The translations under genes and the position numbers were made by a program. A DNA stretch of 64,000 nt from Fulvivirga sp. (GTDB lineage: Bacteria > Bacteroidota > Bacteroidia > Cytophagales > Cyclobacteriaceae), in NCBI GenBank assembly GCA_965227525.1, contig OZ245762.1, positions 3,515,641 through 3,579,640 of the forward strand. The letters are read 5' to 3'. The notes beneath the pieces are model-generated. The model ran no database searches, was not told where the DNA came from, and was given only the letters and a program-made list of their open reading frames with translations. Positions 27,264-36,378 of this stretch are shown in pieces; positions within the stretch are counted from its first letter, which is position 1; each line of letters starts with the position of its first letter.

Positions 27264-28163
27264 ATGGGCAAATATTCAATTAAGGAATTAGAAAAGCTGT
27301 CAGGCATCAAAGCCCATACATTACGTATCTGGGAGAAACGCTATGCGATAATAAAGCCTGATCGCACAGATACGAACATTCGCAAATACAGTGATGAAGA
27401 ATTAAAAAAGCTTCTTAATATTTCTATACTAAATCATCACGGTCTTAAAATCTCTAAAATTTCTAAAATGAAAGAAGAGGAGATAATAAAGCGTGTAACT
27501 GAACTCAGTGAAGAAAAACATGATGATAATCTCTCTCTTTACATAGATCAGCTCTCCATTGCCATGGTTGGGTTAGATGAGGTTAAGTTTGAGAAGCACC
27601 TATCTAATTATATATTGCGATTTGGGTTTGAGAAAACCATACTCAATATACTTTATCCTTTTTTGAAAAAAATTGGTGTGTTGTGGCTGTCAGGTAATAT
27701 TACTCCTGTTCAGGAACATTTTATGTCTAACCTTATCAGACAAAAAATTATCGTTGCTATAGATGGACTAACGGCAACCACTGATAAACAAGGCAAGTCT
27801 GTAGTTCTATTTTTACCCGAAGGTGAATTACATGAAATTGGATTACTATTTTATCATTACATAGTAAAGAAGTTACAATTCAACACCTTTTATTTAGGGC
27901 AATCTGTTCCCTTAAACGATCTGAGAAAAATAACAGATCAAATTAACCCTACCTATCTGGTTACTTCTATAAGTCAAGTACCAATAGACTCTACAATTGA
28001 GGAATTTATTACACAATTATCCTCAAAATTCCCCAGAACAGAGATTGTCATATCTGGCTACCCCATGCAGCATTATAGTAATAAACTGCCTCAGAACGTT
28101 ATTCGTGTTGCATCAGCGCTAGAATTTGACGCTCTGTTTAAAGAAGCCTCCCCTAACAAATAA
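27264..28163 (+). CDS. MerR-family regulator with cobalamin-binding domain (CarH/LitR-like photoreceptor)
   Basis: MerR HTH (YSIKELEKLSGIKAHTLRIWEKRY), W-x9-EH motif (WLSGNITPVQEH) and ExHxxG motif (ELHEIG). Sits directly upstream of crt genes. Confidence 0.88.
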   Translation: MGKYSIKELEKLSGIKAHTLRIWEKRYAIIKPDRTDTNIRKYSDEELKKLLNISILNHHGLKISKISKMKEEEIIKRVTELSEEKHDDNLSLYIDQLSIAMVGLDEVKFEKHLSNYILRFGFEKTILNILYPFLKKIGVLWLSGNITPVQEHFMSNLIRQKIIVAIDGLTATTDKQGKSVVLFLPEGELHEIGLLFYHYIVKKLQFNTFYLGQSVPLNDLRKITDQINPTYLVTSISQVPIDSTIEEFITQLSSKFPRTEIVISGYPMQHYSNKLPQNVIRVASALEFDALFKEASPNK

Positions 28164-28283
28164 ATCCGGCATAATGTTTTCTTCCGTATATGTATCTAAT
28201 TCGGTGTTTAACCATTAGTTCTATTTTGTTTAATTATTTTTTATTTTAATTAAACATTTTATTGTCAATTCCGTTTAGATGTT

Positions 28284-28291
28284 TATATTTG
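28284..28291 (+). promoter_or_regulatory. Bacteroidota -7 promoter element TATATTTG of the sigma-crt operon
   Basis: Exact TAnnTTTG match 27 nt before ATG 28319, with TTG about 20 nt upstream. Overlapped by TGTTTA hexamers. Confidence 0.65.
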
Positions 28292-28318
28292 TTTAGACTT
28301 TAACCTAATTTATTAAAC

Positions 28319-28825
28319 ATGACTGCTATTGAATTTAATCACAGAGTTGCTGCCCTAAAAGATACACTTCAATTATTTACAAGGAAGTTTGTAAAGTCCC
28401 AGGAGGAATCTGAAGATTTAGTTCAGGAGACGATACTTAAAGCATTAACCTATAGGTCTAAATTTAAGGCCAATACAAATCTTAAAGGGTGGTTATATAC
28501 TATAATGAGAAATACGTTTATTAATAATTATAGAAAAGCCCAGAGAGCCAAGACCTCACATGACGACACTAAGGAGTTGTACTATCTAAATGTAGCAGAC
28601 AATCATACCTTTAATACACCTGACGGATCATATGAATTTAAAGATATTATGAATTCAGTCGACAAAGTAAGAGACGACTTAAGGGTGCCATTCAAAATGC
28701 ATGTTGAAGGTTATAAGTATCAGGAAATAGCAGAACATTTAGAGATACCAATCGGAACAGTTAAGAATAGAATTTTTCACGCCAGAAAAGAAATTCAGAA
28801 GAAACTTACAGCTTACTCAAATTAG
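28319..28825 (+). CDS. ECF RNA polymerase sigma factor
   Basis: Region 2 EDLVQETILKA..KGWLYTIMRN and region 4 GYKYQEIAEHLEIPIGTVKNRIFHARK. Confidence 0.93.
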   Translation: MTAIEFNHRVAALKDTLQLFTRKFVKSQEESEDLVQETILKALTYRSKFKANTNLKGWLYTIMRNTFINNYRKAQRAKTSHDDTKELYYLNVADNHTFNTPDGSYEFKDIMNSVDKVRDDLRVPFKMHVEGYKYQEIAEHLEIPIGTVKNRIFHARKEIQKKLTAYSN

Positions 28826-28839
28826 TTTAAATTTATTAG

Positions 28840-30309
28840 ATGAAAAAAAAGGTAGCTGTTATTGGGTCAGGTTTTGCAGGATTATCTGCGGCTAGCTGCC
28901 TGGCAAAAGATGGGTATGATGTAACGATTTTTGAAAAGAATGATCAACCTGGAGGTCGCGCAAGAAAATTTGAAACAGACGGTTTTACGTTTGACATGGG
29001 ACCCAGCTGGTATTGGATGCCTGATGTATTTGAGCGCTTCTTCAATAAATTTGGAAAAACAGCTGCTGACTATTACACACTTGAAAGGCTAGATCCATCC
29101 TACCGGGTAGTATTTGGTGAAAATGATCACCTGGATGTACCGGCTAACCTTGAAAATGTTTATGAATTATTTGAAAGCATAGAATCCGGTAGTTCCACTC
29201 AACTTAAGAAATTTTTAAATGAAGCTTCCTATAAATATGAGGTAGGCATGAATGATCTTGTCTATAAACCTGGTAGATCAATCACTGAGTTGGCAAGTTT
29301 AAAATTGATTACCGGAGCCTTCAAACTTCATGTTTTTAAATCGATAGCAACATACATAAGAAAGTACTTTAAGCACCCGAAATTGATTCAACTGCTCGAA
29401 TTTCCGGTGCTTTTTTTAGGTGCTATGCCTTCCAAAACTCCTGCTCTTTACAGCCTTATGAACTATGCCGACATTTCGTTGGGTACATGGTATCCCAAGG
29501 GAGGTATGCACAAAATAATAGAAGGCATGGTATCCCTTGCAAAGGAACAGGGAGTGAAATTTCAATACAAAAGCCCTGTGGAGCAAATATCAATGAATAG
29601 CTCCAAAGCTAAAGGCCTAATTATAAATGGTGAAGAGTGGGCTGCTGATTATATTGTCGGGGCTGCTGATTACGAGCATGTTGAGCAAAACCTTCTCCCA
29701 AAAAAATTTCGTAAATATTCTTCCAGCTATTGGGATAAGCGAGATTTAGCGCCATCAAGTTTGATCTTCTATCTGGGCGTAAACAAAAAATTAGATAATT
29801 TGCTTCATCATACGCTATTTTTTGATCAGCCATTTGAGCAACATGCTAATGAGATCTATACACATCCTAAATGGCCTGACAATCCATTATTTTATGTATG
29901 TTGTGCTTCCAAAACAGACGAAGGCTGTGCGCCTCAAGGCTGTGAAAATGTATTTATTTTAATACCGGTAGCCACAGATTTAAATGACAATGAAGATATC
30001 AGGCAAAAGTATTTCGAGATAGTGATGGATCGATTAGAAAATCTTACTGGACAATCGATCAGAGATCATATCATTTATAAGAGAAGTTATGCGCATAATG
30101 ATTTCAAAAAGGATTACAATGCATTTAAAGGTAATGCCTATGGGCTTGCTAACACACTAATGCAAACCGCTAACTTGAAACCGTCAATGCATAGTAAAGT
30201 GAAAAATTTATTGTATACAGGTCAGCTGACTGTACCAGGTCCTGGTGTACCACCATCGATTATTTCAGGGCAGGTCGTAGCTGAAGAGATAAAAAACATT
30301 GCCTCATGA
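28840..30309 (+). CDS. crtI: Phytoene desaturase
   Basis: [12 protein letters not shown] motif, [16 protein letters not shown], and C-terminal [17 protein letters not shown]. Confidence 0.95.
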   Translation: MKKKVAVIGSGFAGLSAASCLAKDGYDVTIFEKNDQPGGRARKFETDGFTFDMGPSWYWMPDVFERFFNKFGKTAADYYTLERLDPSYRVVFGENDHLDVPANLENVYELFESIESGSSTQLKKFLNEASYKYEVGMNDLVYKPGRSITELASLKLITGAFKLHVFKSIATYIRKYFKHPKLIQLLEFPVLFLGAMPSKTPALYSLMNYADISLGTWYPKGGMHKIIEGMVSLAKEQGVKFQYKSPVEQISMNSSKAKGLIINGEEWAADYIVGAADYEHVEQNLLPKKFRKYSSSYWDKRDLAPSSLIFYLGVNKKLDNLLHHTLFFDQPFEQHANEIYTHPKWPDNPLFYVCCASKTDEGCAPQGCENVFILIPVATDLNDNEDIRQKYFEIVMDRLENLTGQSIRDHIIYKRSYAHNDFKKDYNAFKGNAYGLANTLMQTANLKPSMHSKVKNLLYTGQLTVPGPGVPPSIISGQVVAEEIKNIAS

Positions 30310-31142
30310 AGGAATTATTCGATGACGTTTCGGTAAGGTGTAGCCAAATGACGACCCACGCCTATAGCACCTCTTTTTCTTTAGGTATCAGGTGTTTAGA
30401 TAAATCAATACGCAAACCAATATGCTCGATCTATGGATTCGTAAGATTTGCCGATGAAATTGTAGACACCTTTCACGACTACGATAAAGCTTCTCTGCTT
30501 AAACGCTTCAAAGCTGATACTTACAAAGCCATTGAAGAAAAAATAAGTTTAAACCCTATTCTTCATAGTTTTCAACTGGCCGTAAATAAATACGACATCG
30601 ATTTAAAACTCATAGATCAATTTTTATACAGTATGGAAATGGATCTAACTGAGAAAAAATATTCTAATGATGAATTTGAAACCTACATTTTAGGTTCTGC
30701 AGAGGTCGTTGGTCTTATGTGCCTACATGTATTCTGTAATGGAGATAAAAATCAATTTGAGGAGCTCAAACCATATGCCATGAAGTTGGGTTCGGCTTTC
30801 CAAAAAATTAATTTCCTAAGAGACCTCAAAGATGATTATGTAGAAATGGGGAGAACATACTTTCCCGGAATAGAAATGTCAGAATTTAATGACAAATGCA
30901 AAGCTGAAATAGAGATTGGAATTGAAGAAGATTTTAGAATGGGTTATGAAGGAATTAAGAAATTGCCCCAGTGCGCAAAATTTGGAGTCTATCTGGCATA
31001 TGTCTATTACTACTCTTTGTTCAAAAAAATAAGAAAAACCCCCTCATCAAATGTATTGTCTGAAAGAATAAGGATAGCTAATCCGATAAAAGTGAGTATT
31101 CTTTTTTCAACCTATCTCAAACACAGATTAAAACTTATTTAA
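30306..31142 (+). CDS. crtB: Phytoene synthase
   Basis: [20 protein letters not shown] and [13 protein letters not shown] aspartate-rich motifs. Confidence 0.95.
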   Translation: MKELFDDVSVRCSQMTTHAYSTSFSLGIRCLDKSIRKPICSIYGFVRFADEIVDTFHDYDKASLLKRFKADTYKAIEEKISLNPILHSFQLAVNKYDIDLKLIDQFLYSMEMDLTEKKYSNDEFETYILGSAEVVGLMCLHVFCNGDKNQFEELKPYAMKLGSAFQKINFLRDLKDDYVEMGRTYFPGIEMSEFNDKCKAEIEIGIEEDFRMGYEGIKKLPQCAKFGVYLAYVYYYSLFKKIRKTPSSNVLSERIRIANPIKVSILFSTYLKHRLKLI

Positions 31143-31663
31143 TGGAGCAAGTAATACTCGTAAACTCAAAGGATGAGCCGATCGGTCAGATGGAAAAACT
31201 TGAAGCTCACAGGCAAGGGTCACTTCATCGTGCGTTTTCTGTACTCGTCTTTAATAAGAAAGGTGAAATGCTTTTGCAAAAAAGAGCAGAAAATAAATAC
31301 CATTCCGGAGGCTTATGGACTAATGCATGCTGCAGCCACCCTCGACCTGACGAGCACATTTTAGACGCAGCCACCAGACGATTAAAAGAAGAAATTGGCC
31401 TTGAGCTTACCCCACGTTTTGCTTATAAGTTTATTTACAAAACTGTTTTTGATAATGATTTAGTAGAGCACGAGCTAGACCATGTATTTATCGGTGAGTA
31501 TGATGGAGATCCTAAAATAAATGAAGAAGAAGCTTCTGACTGGAAATATGTAGATGTGAATGAGCTGAAAAGTGATATCGATCAAAGTCCGGAAAAATAT
31601 ACTGTGTGGTTTAAGTTAATAATGCAAAACATAGATCAACATCACAATTTAACGCTTTCATAA
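31142..31663 (+). CDS. idi: Isopentenyl-diphosphate delta-isomerase, type 1
   Basis: EKLEAH..LHRAFSV, WTNACCSHP, and EHELDHVF. Confidence 0.95.
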   Translation: MEQVILVNSKDEPIGQMEKLEAHRQGSLHRAFSVLVFNKKGEMLLQKRAENKYHSGGLWTNACCSHPRPDEHILDAATRRLKEEIGLELTPRFAYKFIYKTVFDNDLVEHELDHVFIGEYDGDPKINEEEASDWKYVDVNELKSDIDQSPEKYTVWFKLIMQNIDQHHNLTLS

Positions 31664-31664
31664 T

Positions 31665-31835
31665 ATGTTCTCATTTTTCAAATCAGATCCCACCAAAAAA
31701 TTAAAGAAAAAACGCAGTCAGCTTCTAAAAGAAGCGGTCGAAGTACAACGCTCGGGAGATTTAAAAGCTTATGCCTCGATGATGGAAGAAGTGGACAAGC
31801 TAGAGAAAGAATTAGAAGCATTAGATAACCAATGA
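31665..31835 (+). CDS. Small 56-aa protein missed by the ORF track, resembling the DUF6435 family
   Basis: Hand translation: MFSFFKSDPTKKLKKKRSQLLKEAVEVQRSGDLKAYASMMEEVDKLEKELEALDNQ. Starts 1 nt after the idi stop and its TGA overlaps the phrB ATG. Confidence 0.82.
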   Translation: MFSFFKSDPTKKLKKKRSQLLKEAVEVQRSGDLKAYASMMEEVDKLEKELEALDNQ

Positions 31836-33139
31836 GTGGAGATAAAATCAATATTTTTTGGTTTAGAAGAGACCTGCGTTTTGACGATAATATAGGTCTG
31901 TACAATGCTCTTAAGGGCGAAAGACCTGTGCTACCCATCTTTATTTTTGACACCAACATTTTAGATGATCTGGACAATAAAGAGGATGCGCGAGTCACAT
32001 TTATACATGATCAAGTATCTAACCTGAATAGTCAACTATCCGAAAAAGGATCTGGAATAAAAACCTTTCACAGCACACCTATAGAAGCCTTCGAACAAAT
32101 CTTAAAGGAATATAAGGTAGATAAGGTATTCACTAATAAAGATTATGAACCTTATGCTCGGGAGAGAGATGATGCTATCAAAAAATTTTTAGTTGAGCAG
32201 GGTGTTGAGTTCAAGGCATTTAAAGATCATTTGTTAAAAGAGCCACACGAGGTTTTGAAAGATGATGGAGACCCTTATGTAGTATTTACACCGTACAGCA
32301 AAGTGTGGAAGAAAAACCTTACTGGCAATGACCTTGAATCTGTTCCATCAGCATTATATTTCGATAATTTCCATAGATTTGAAAATTCCACTTTTCACGA
32401 ACTGAAAAACATTGGTTTCAAGCGGTCCTCTATTGAAATCCCGTCTGATAATCTCACAGCTCATACGCTCAAGCATTATGGAGAGATGAGGGACTATCCT
32501 GCTGAAAAAGGGACTTCTCGTCTTGGCATTCATTTACGTTTCGGAACGGTAAGTATCCGAAAGATCGCCCAGGAAGCAAAAGAACAAAGTGATACCTATC
32601 TCAATGAGTTAATATGGCGTGAATTTTATCAATCGATCTTGTGGCATTTCCCAAGGGTGGTAAATGAAAATTTCAAGACCAAGTATAATGCTATTGATTG
32701 GAGAAATAATGAAGAGGAATTTGAGGCGTGGTGCAAAGGCAAAACTGGTTACCCTATCGTTGATGCCGGCATGCGTCAACTCAACCAAACAGGCTACATG
32801 CACAATAGAGTTAGAATGGTGGTGGCAAGTTTTCTTACTAAACATTTACTCATTGACTGGCGATGGGGCGAGGCGTATTTTGCTGAAAAGTTGCTGGATT
32901 TTGAACTTGCCTCTAATAATGGTGGGTGGCAATGGGCCGCAGGAACAGGAACAGATGCCCAGCCGTACTTCAGAATTTTTAACCCAGAATCTCAAACCAA
33001 AAAATTCGACCCTGAGTTAAAATACATTAAAAAGTGGGTACCCGAGTTTCAGGAATTGGATTATCCTAGACCCATTGTAGACCATAAAAAAGCACGGGAA
33101 AGAGCACTTGAAAGGTACAAAGCAGCATTAGACTCATGA
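31832..33139 (+). CDS. phrB: Deoxyribodipyrimidine photolyase (class I)
   Basis: WFRRDLRFDDN, TSRLGIHLRFG, ELIWREFY, GYPIVDAGMRQL..GYMHNRVRM, and NNGGWQWAAGTG. Confidence 0.93.
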   Translation: MSGDKINIFWFRRDLRFDDNIGLYNALKGERPVLPIFIFDTNILDDLDNKEDARVTFIHDQVSNLNSQLSEKGSGIKTFHSTPIEAFEQILKEYKVDKVFTNKDYEPYARERDDAIKKFLVEQGVEFKAFKDHLLKEPHEVLKDDGDPYVVFTPYSKVWKKNLTGNDLESVPSALYFDNFHRFENSTFHELKNIGFKRSSIEIPSDNLTAHTLKHYGEMRDYPAEKGTSRLGIHLRFGTVSIRKIAQEAKEQSDTYLNELIWREFYQSILWHFPRVVNENFKTKYNAIDWRNNEEEFEAWCKGKTGYPIVDAGMRQLNQTGYMHNRVRMVVASFLTKHLLIDWRWGEAYFAEKLLDFELASNNGGWQWAAGTGTDAQPYFRIFNPESQTKKFDPELKYIKKWVPEFQELDYPRPIVDHKKARERALERYKAALDS

Positions 33140-34584
33140 AAGTTTTACTCACGGGTGCCACTGGATATATCGGCAGGCGACTTTTGCCGGTATTGGTGAA
33201 TGAAGGCCACCATGTAGTTTGTGCCGTAAGAGATAAACGTAGGTTTGATTGGGAAGATTTTGACAAAGACTTCCTATCACATGTTTCGGTGGTTGAAGCA
33301 GACCTCGAAAATGAGGACTCTTTAAATACAATTCCTAAAGATGTAGAGGTAGCCTACTATCTTGTACACTCAATGAATGCATCTTATGCAGGCTTTGCAG
33401 AAAAGGAACAACAATGTGCTCAAAATTTCGCAAATTATTTTAAAGACAGTTCACTAAAGCAGATTATCTACCTCAGTGGTATCGTTAATGACAAAGAACT
33501 CTCAGAGCATCTACAGTCAAGAAAAGATGTTGAAGATAATTTAAAAACTTCAGGTGTGCCTTTGACTGTTTTGCGTGCTGCTATTATTATCGGTTCAGGC
33601 AGCGCCTCATTTGAAATCATCAGAGATTTGGTAGAAAAACTACCTCTAATGATCGCTCCGAAATGGCTGAAGAGCCGTTGCCAGCCAATCGCGATAAGGA
33701 ATGTAATAGAGTACCTGACTCAGGTAATGCTCAAAGCAGAAACCTACGACAGGGCTTTTGATATAGGAGGGCCAGACGTGCTCAATTATAAGCAAATGCT
33801 CTTTGAGTATGCCAAAGTTCGTAAGCTTAAACGGTACATTTTAAGTGTTCCGGTATTGTCACCAAAGCTTTCTTCCCTATGGCTTTACTTTGTCACTTCC
33901 ACTTCGTTTTCGCTGGCGCGCAATTTAGTGGATAGTATGCGACATGATGTAATTGTGAAGCATGGCAACATAAGTGAAATCGTTCCATTAAACCTATATA
34001 GTTATAGTGAAGCCTTACAAATGGCTTTTAGTAAAATCAGCCAGAAGAATGTGATTTCAAGCTGGAAAGATGCTGTCAGCAATACAGAGTTTGATCAAAA
34101 TTTTCTCGACTTTGTAGAAGTGCCAACACATGGATGCTTCAACGATACGCAAAATATTCAATTCGATAGACCAACACAGGAGGTATTAAACAACCTTTGG
34201 ACTATTGGAGGAAAAAACGGTTGGTATTTTGGTGATATACTTTGGGAGATAAGAGGCTTTTTAGATCAGCTTTTTGGAGGTGTAGGTCTGAGAAGAGGAA
34301 GAAGAAGCCCCGATGATCTGAAATCTGGAGATGCACTGGATTTTTGGCGTGTACTCAAGGCTGATAAAAAGAATAAGGCGCTACTCTTATACGCTGAAAT
34401 GAAGCTGCCCGGAGAAGCCTGGCTAGAGTTTAAAATCAAATCAAATGACAATAATCAAAACTGCCTGATTCAAAAAGCAACGTTTAGACCACTAGGTATT
34501 TGGGGTCGCTTGTATTGGTTCAGTGTGTTGCCGTTTCACTGGTTAATTTTTCCTCGTATGGCCAAAAACATTGTGAAACGTTAG
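33136..34584 (+). CDS. SDR/NAD(P)-binding oxidoreductase with DUF2867 (YbjT-like)
   Basis: LTGATGYIG Rossmann motif, YYLVHSM, and C-terminal GDALDFWRV..AEMKLPGEAWLEF..G.WGRLYW. Confidence 0.85.
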   Translation: MKVLLTGATGYIGRRLLPVLVNEGHHVVCAVRDKRRFDWEDFDKDFLSHVSVVEADLENEDSLNTIPKDVEVAYYLVHSMNASYAGFAEKEQQCAQNFANYFKDSSLKQIIYLSGIVNDKELSEHLQSRKDVEDNLKTSGVPLTVLRAAIIIGSGSASFEIIRDLVEKLPLMIAPKWLKSRCQPIAIRNVIEYLTQVMLKAETYDRAFDIGGPDVLNYKQMLFEYAKVRKLKRYILSVPVLSPKLSSLWLYFVTSTSFSLARNLVDSMRHDVIVKHGNISEIVPLNLYSYSEALQMAFSKISQKNVISSWKDAVSNTEFDQNFLDFVEVPTHGCFNDTQNIQFDRPTQEVLNNLWTIGGKNGWYFGDILWEIRGFLDQLFGGVGLRRGRRSPDDLKSGDALDFWRVLKADKKNKALLLYAEMKLPGEAWLEFKIKSNDNNQNCLIQKATFRPLGIWGRLYWFSVLPFHWLIFPRMAKNIVKR

Positions 34585-34598
34585 CTGTTTTTTTATTG

Positions 34599-35078
34599 AT
34601 GAAAATATATAATATCAAAACGAAGCAATTTCTTCCTATCACTTTAGACGAGGCTTGGGATTTCTTTTCTTCCCCGGCCAACCTAAAAGAGATCACCCCA
34701 AAACATATGAAATTTGACATTAAGTATATCTCTGGTGGGAATAGAATGTATCCAGGTCAAATAATTAGTTACAGATTATATCCTGTTCAAGGCATACCTA
34801 CCACCTGGACAACGGAAATCACCCATGTGCGGGCACCCAATTACTTTGTAGATGAACAGAGATTTGGCCCATACGCCTTGTGGCATCATCAACATCATTT
34901 TAAAGCGGTTGATGGTGGTATAGAAATGACAGATGAAGTAAACTATGCTATACCTTTAGGTGTTTTGGGAAGGTTAGCCAATTGGCTATTTGTCGGTAGG
35001 CAGGTTAAAGGTATATTTGACTATCGTTACCAAATTTTAGACAAACGATTTAAAAACCAAACAGAGATTGAAGCATGA
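34599..35078 (+). CDS. SRPBCC family protein
   Basis: Likely ATG 34599. AWDFFSSPANLKEITP, WTTEITHV..YFVDEQRFGPYALWHHQH, and IFDYR. Confidence 0.88.
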   Translation: MKIYNIKTKQFLPITLDEAWDFFSSPANLKEITPKHMKFDIKYISGGNRMYPGQIISYRLYPVQGIPTTWTTEITHVRAPNYFVDEQRFGPYALWHHQHHFKAVDGGIEMTDEVNYAIPLGVLGRLANWLFVGRQVKGIFDYRYQILDKRFKNQTEIEA

Positions 35079-35569
35079 GTATTTTACAAATTATACTGTG
35101 TGCATTAATAGTAATTGGCACTTTCTTGTTTATGGAATTTGTGGCCTGGTTTACACATAAATACATAATGCATGGATTTTTATGGGTTTGGCACAAGTCA
35201 CACCACAAAAAACATGATCATACACTAGAACGCAATGATCTATTTGCAATTGTTTTTAGCTTACCAAGCATCGGATTAATATATTATTCAACACTTGTAA
35301 ATCACCAACCCTATCTAACAGCGGTAGGAATCGGCATATTTTGCTATGGAGTGTTTTATGTGCTCTTCCATGACTTTATAGTGCACCAGCGTGTAAAATG
35401 GAAGATAAAAAACAAAAGTAAGTACCTCAAACGCATGATTAATGCCCATTACATCCATCATACCAAACGTACAAAAGAAGATTGTGAGGCATTTGGATTT
35501 CTTTATGCACCTAAGAAGTATGAAGGAAAGGGTGTGCGGAGTGCAGAGCGAGAAGTGCATGGTGGTTAG
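35075..35569 (+). CDS. crtZ: Beta-carotene hydroxylase (fatty-acid hydroxylase superfamily)
   Basis: His boxes HKYIMHG, WHKSHH, HDFIVHQR and HYIHH. ERNDLF motif. Confidence 0.9.
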   Translation: MSILQIILCALIVIGTFLFMEFVAWFTHKYIMHGFLWVWHKSHHKKHDHTLERNDLFAIVFSLPSIGLIYYSTLVNHQPYLTAVGIGIFCYGVFYVLFHDFIVHQRVKWKIKNKSKYLKRMINAHYIHHTKRTKEDCEAFGFLYAPKKYEGKGVRSAEREVHGG

Positions 35570-35653
35570 AGACTAGTGCTCATGGCTTTTTACATTGAAG
35601 TAAGAACAGAAAAAATAAATGAAAAAGCTTCTAACTTGAAGCTTGTAGCCTGC
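35534..35653. repeat. Two degenerate heptamer runs
   Basis: GTGCGGA/GTGCAGA/GCGAGAA/GTGCATG/GTGGTTA/GAGACTA/GTGCTCA (35534-35582) and AGCTTCT/AACTTGA/AGCTTGT/AGCCTGC (35626-35653). Confidence 0.4.
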
Positions 35654-35670
35654 TTATAGCTTTAAACTCA

Positions 35671-36378
35671 ATGAAAAACCTTTACCTCACTTTAGACATT
35701 GCAGCGATAAGCATACCCTTACTTGCTAGCTTTTACCCTAAAGCAAACTTTTCTAAGACTTGGGGCAGGCTGGTATTAGCCATTGCTATACCTGCTATAA
35801 TTTTTATCGCCTGGGATGTACTTTTTACAAAATGGGGTATCTGGGGTTTCAACGAACGATACCTCATAGGTATTGACATCATTAATCTTCCGTTGGAAGA
35901 GTGGTTATTTTTTATTTGCATACCATACGCTTGTACTTTTACCTATTTTGCTTTGAAGCATCTTATAAGAAAAGATGTATTTGGCCCTTATCAAAAACAT
36001 ATCAGTTGGGCCCTGATTTACTTGCTATTAGCCCTCGCAATTTTCAATCATGAAAAAGCTTATACCTCAACCACCTTCTTTTTGCTGGCGTCATTTCTTT
36101 TGTTGCATATTTATGTCTGGAAGTCAGACTACCTGGGTAGATTTTACCTTACCTTTTTGTTTGTATTGATCCCTTTCTTCATAATCAATGGCATTTTGAC
36201 CGGCACTGGCATAGAAGATCAGGTGGTATGGTATAATAATGAAGAAAACCTAAGTATCAGAATGGGTACTATTCCCATTGAAGACACTTTTTACGGCATG
36301 CTTTTACTTATGATGAACGTCACTATTTATGAGCGATTAGGTCAAAAAAGCAAGAAGTCAATCACCTTCGGAAATTAA
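35671..36378 (+). CDS. Membrane-type lycopene cyclase (fused CrtYc/d-like domains)
   Basis: Hydrophobic throughout, with two cyclase motifs LPLEEWLFF and IPIEDTFY and WD..G.WGFN. Lies in the crt cluster. Confidence 0.85.
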   Translation: MKNLYLTLDIAAISIPLLASFYPKANFSKTWGRLVLAIAIPAIIFIAWDVLFTKWGIWGFNERYLIGIDIINLPLEEWLFFICIPYACTFTYFALKHLIRKDVFGPYQKHISWALIYLLLALAIFNHEKAYTSTTFFLLASFLLLHIYVWKSDYLGRFYLTFLFVLIPFFIINGILTGTGIEDQVVWYNNEENLSIRMGTIPIEDTFYGMLLLMMNVTIYERLGQKSKKSITFGN

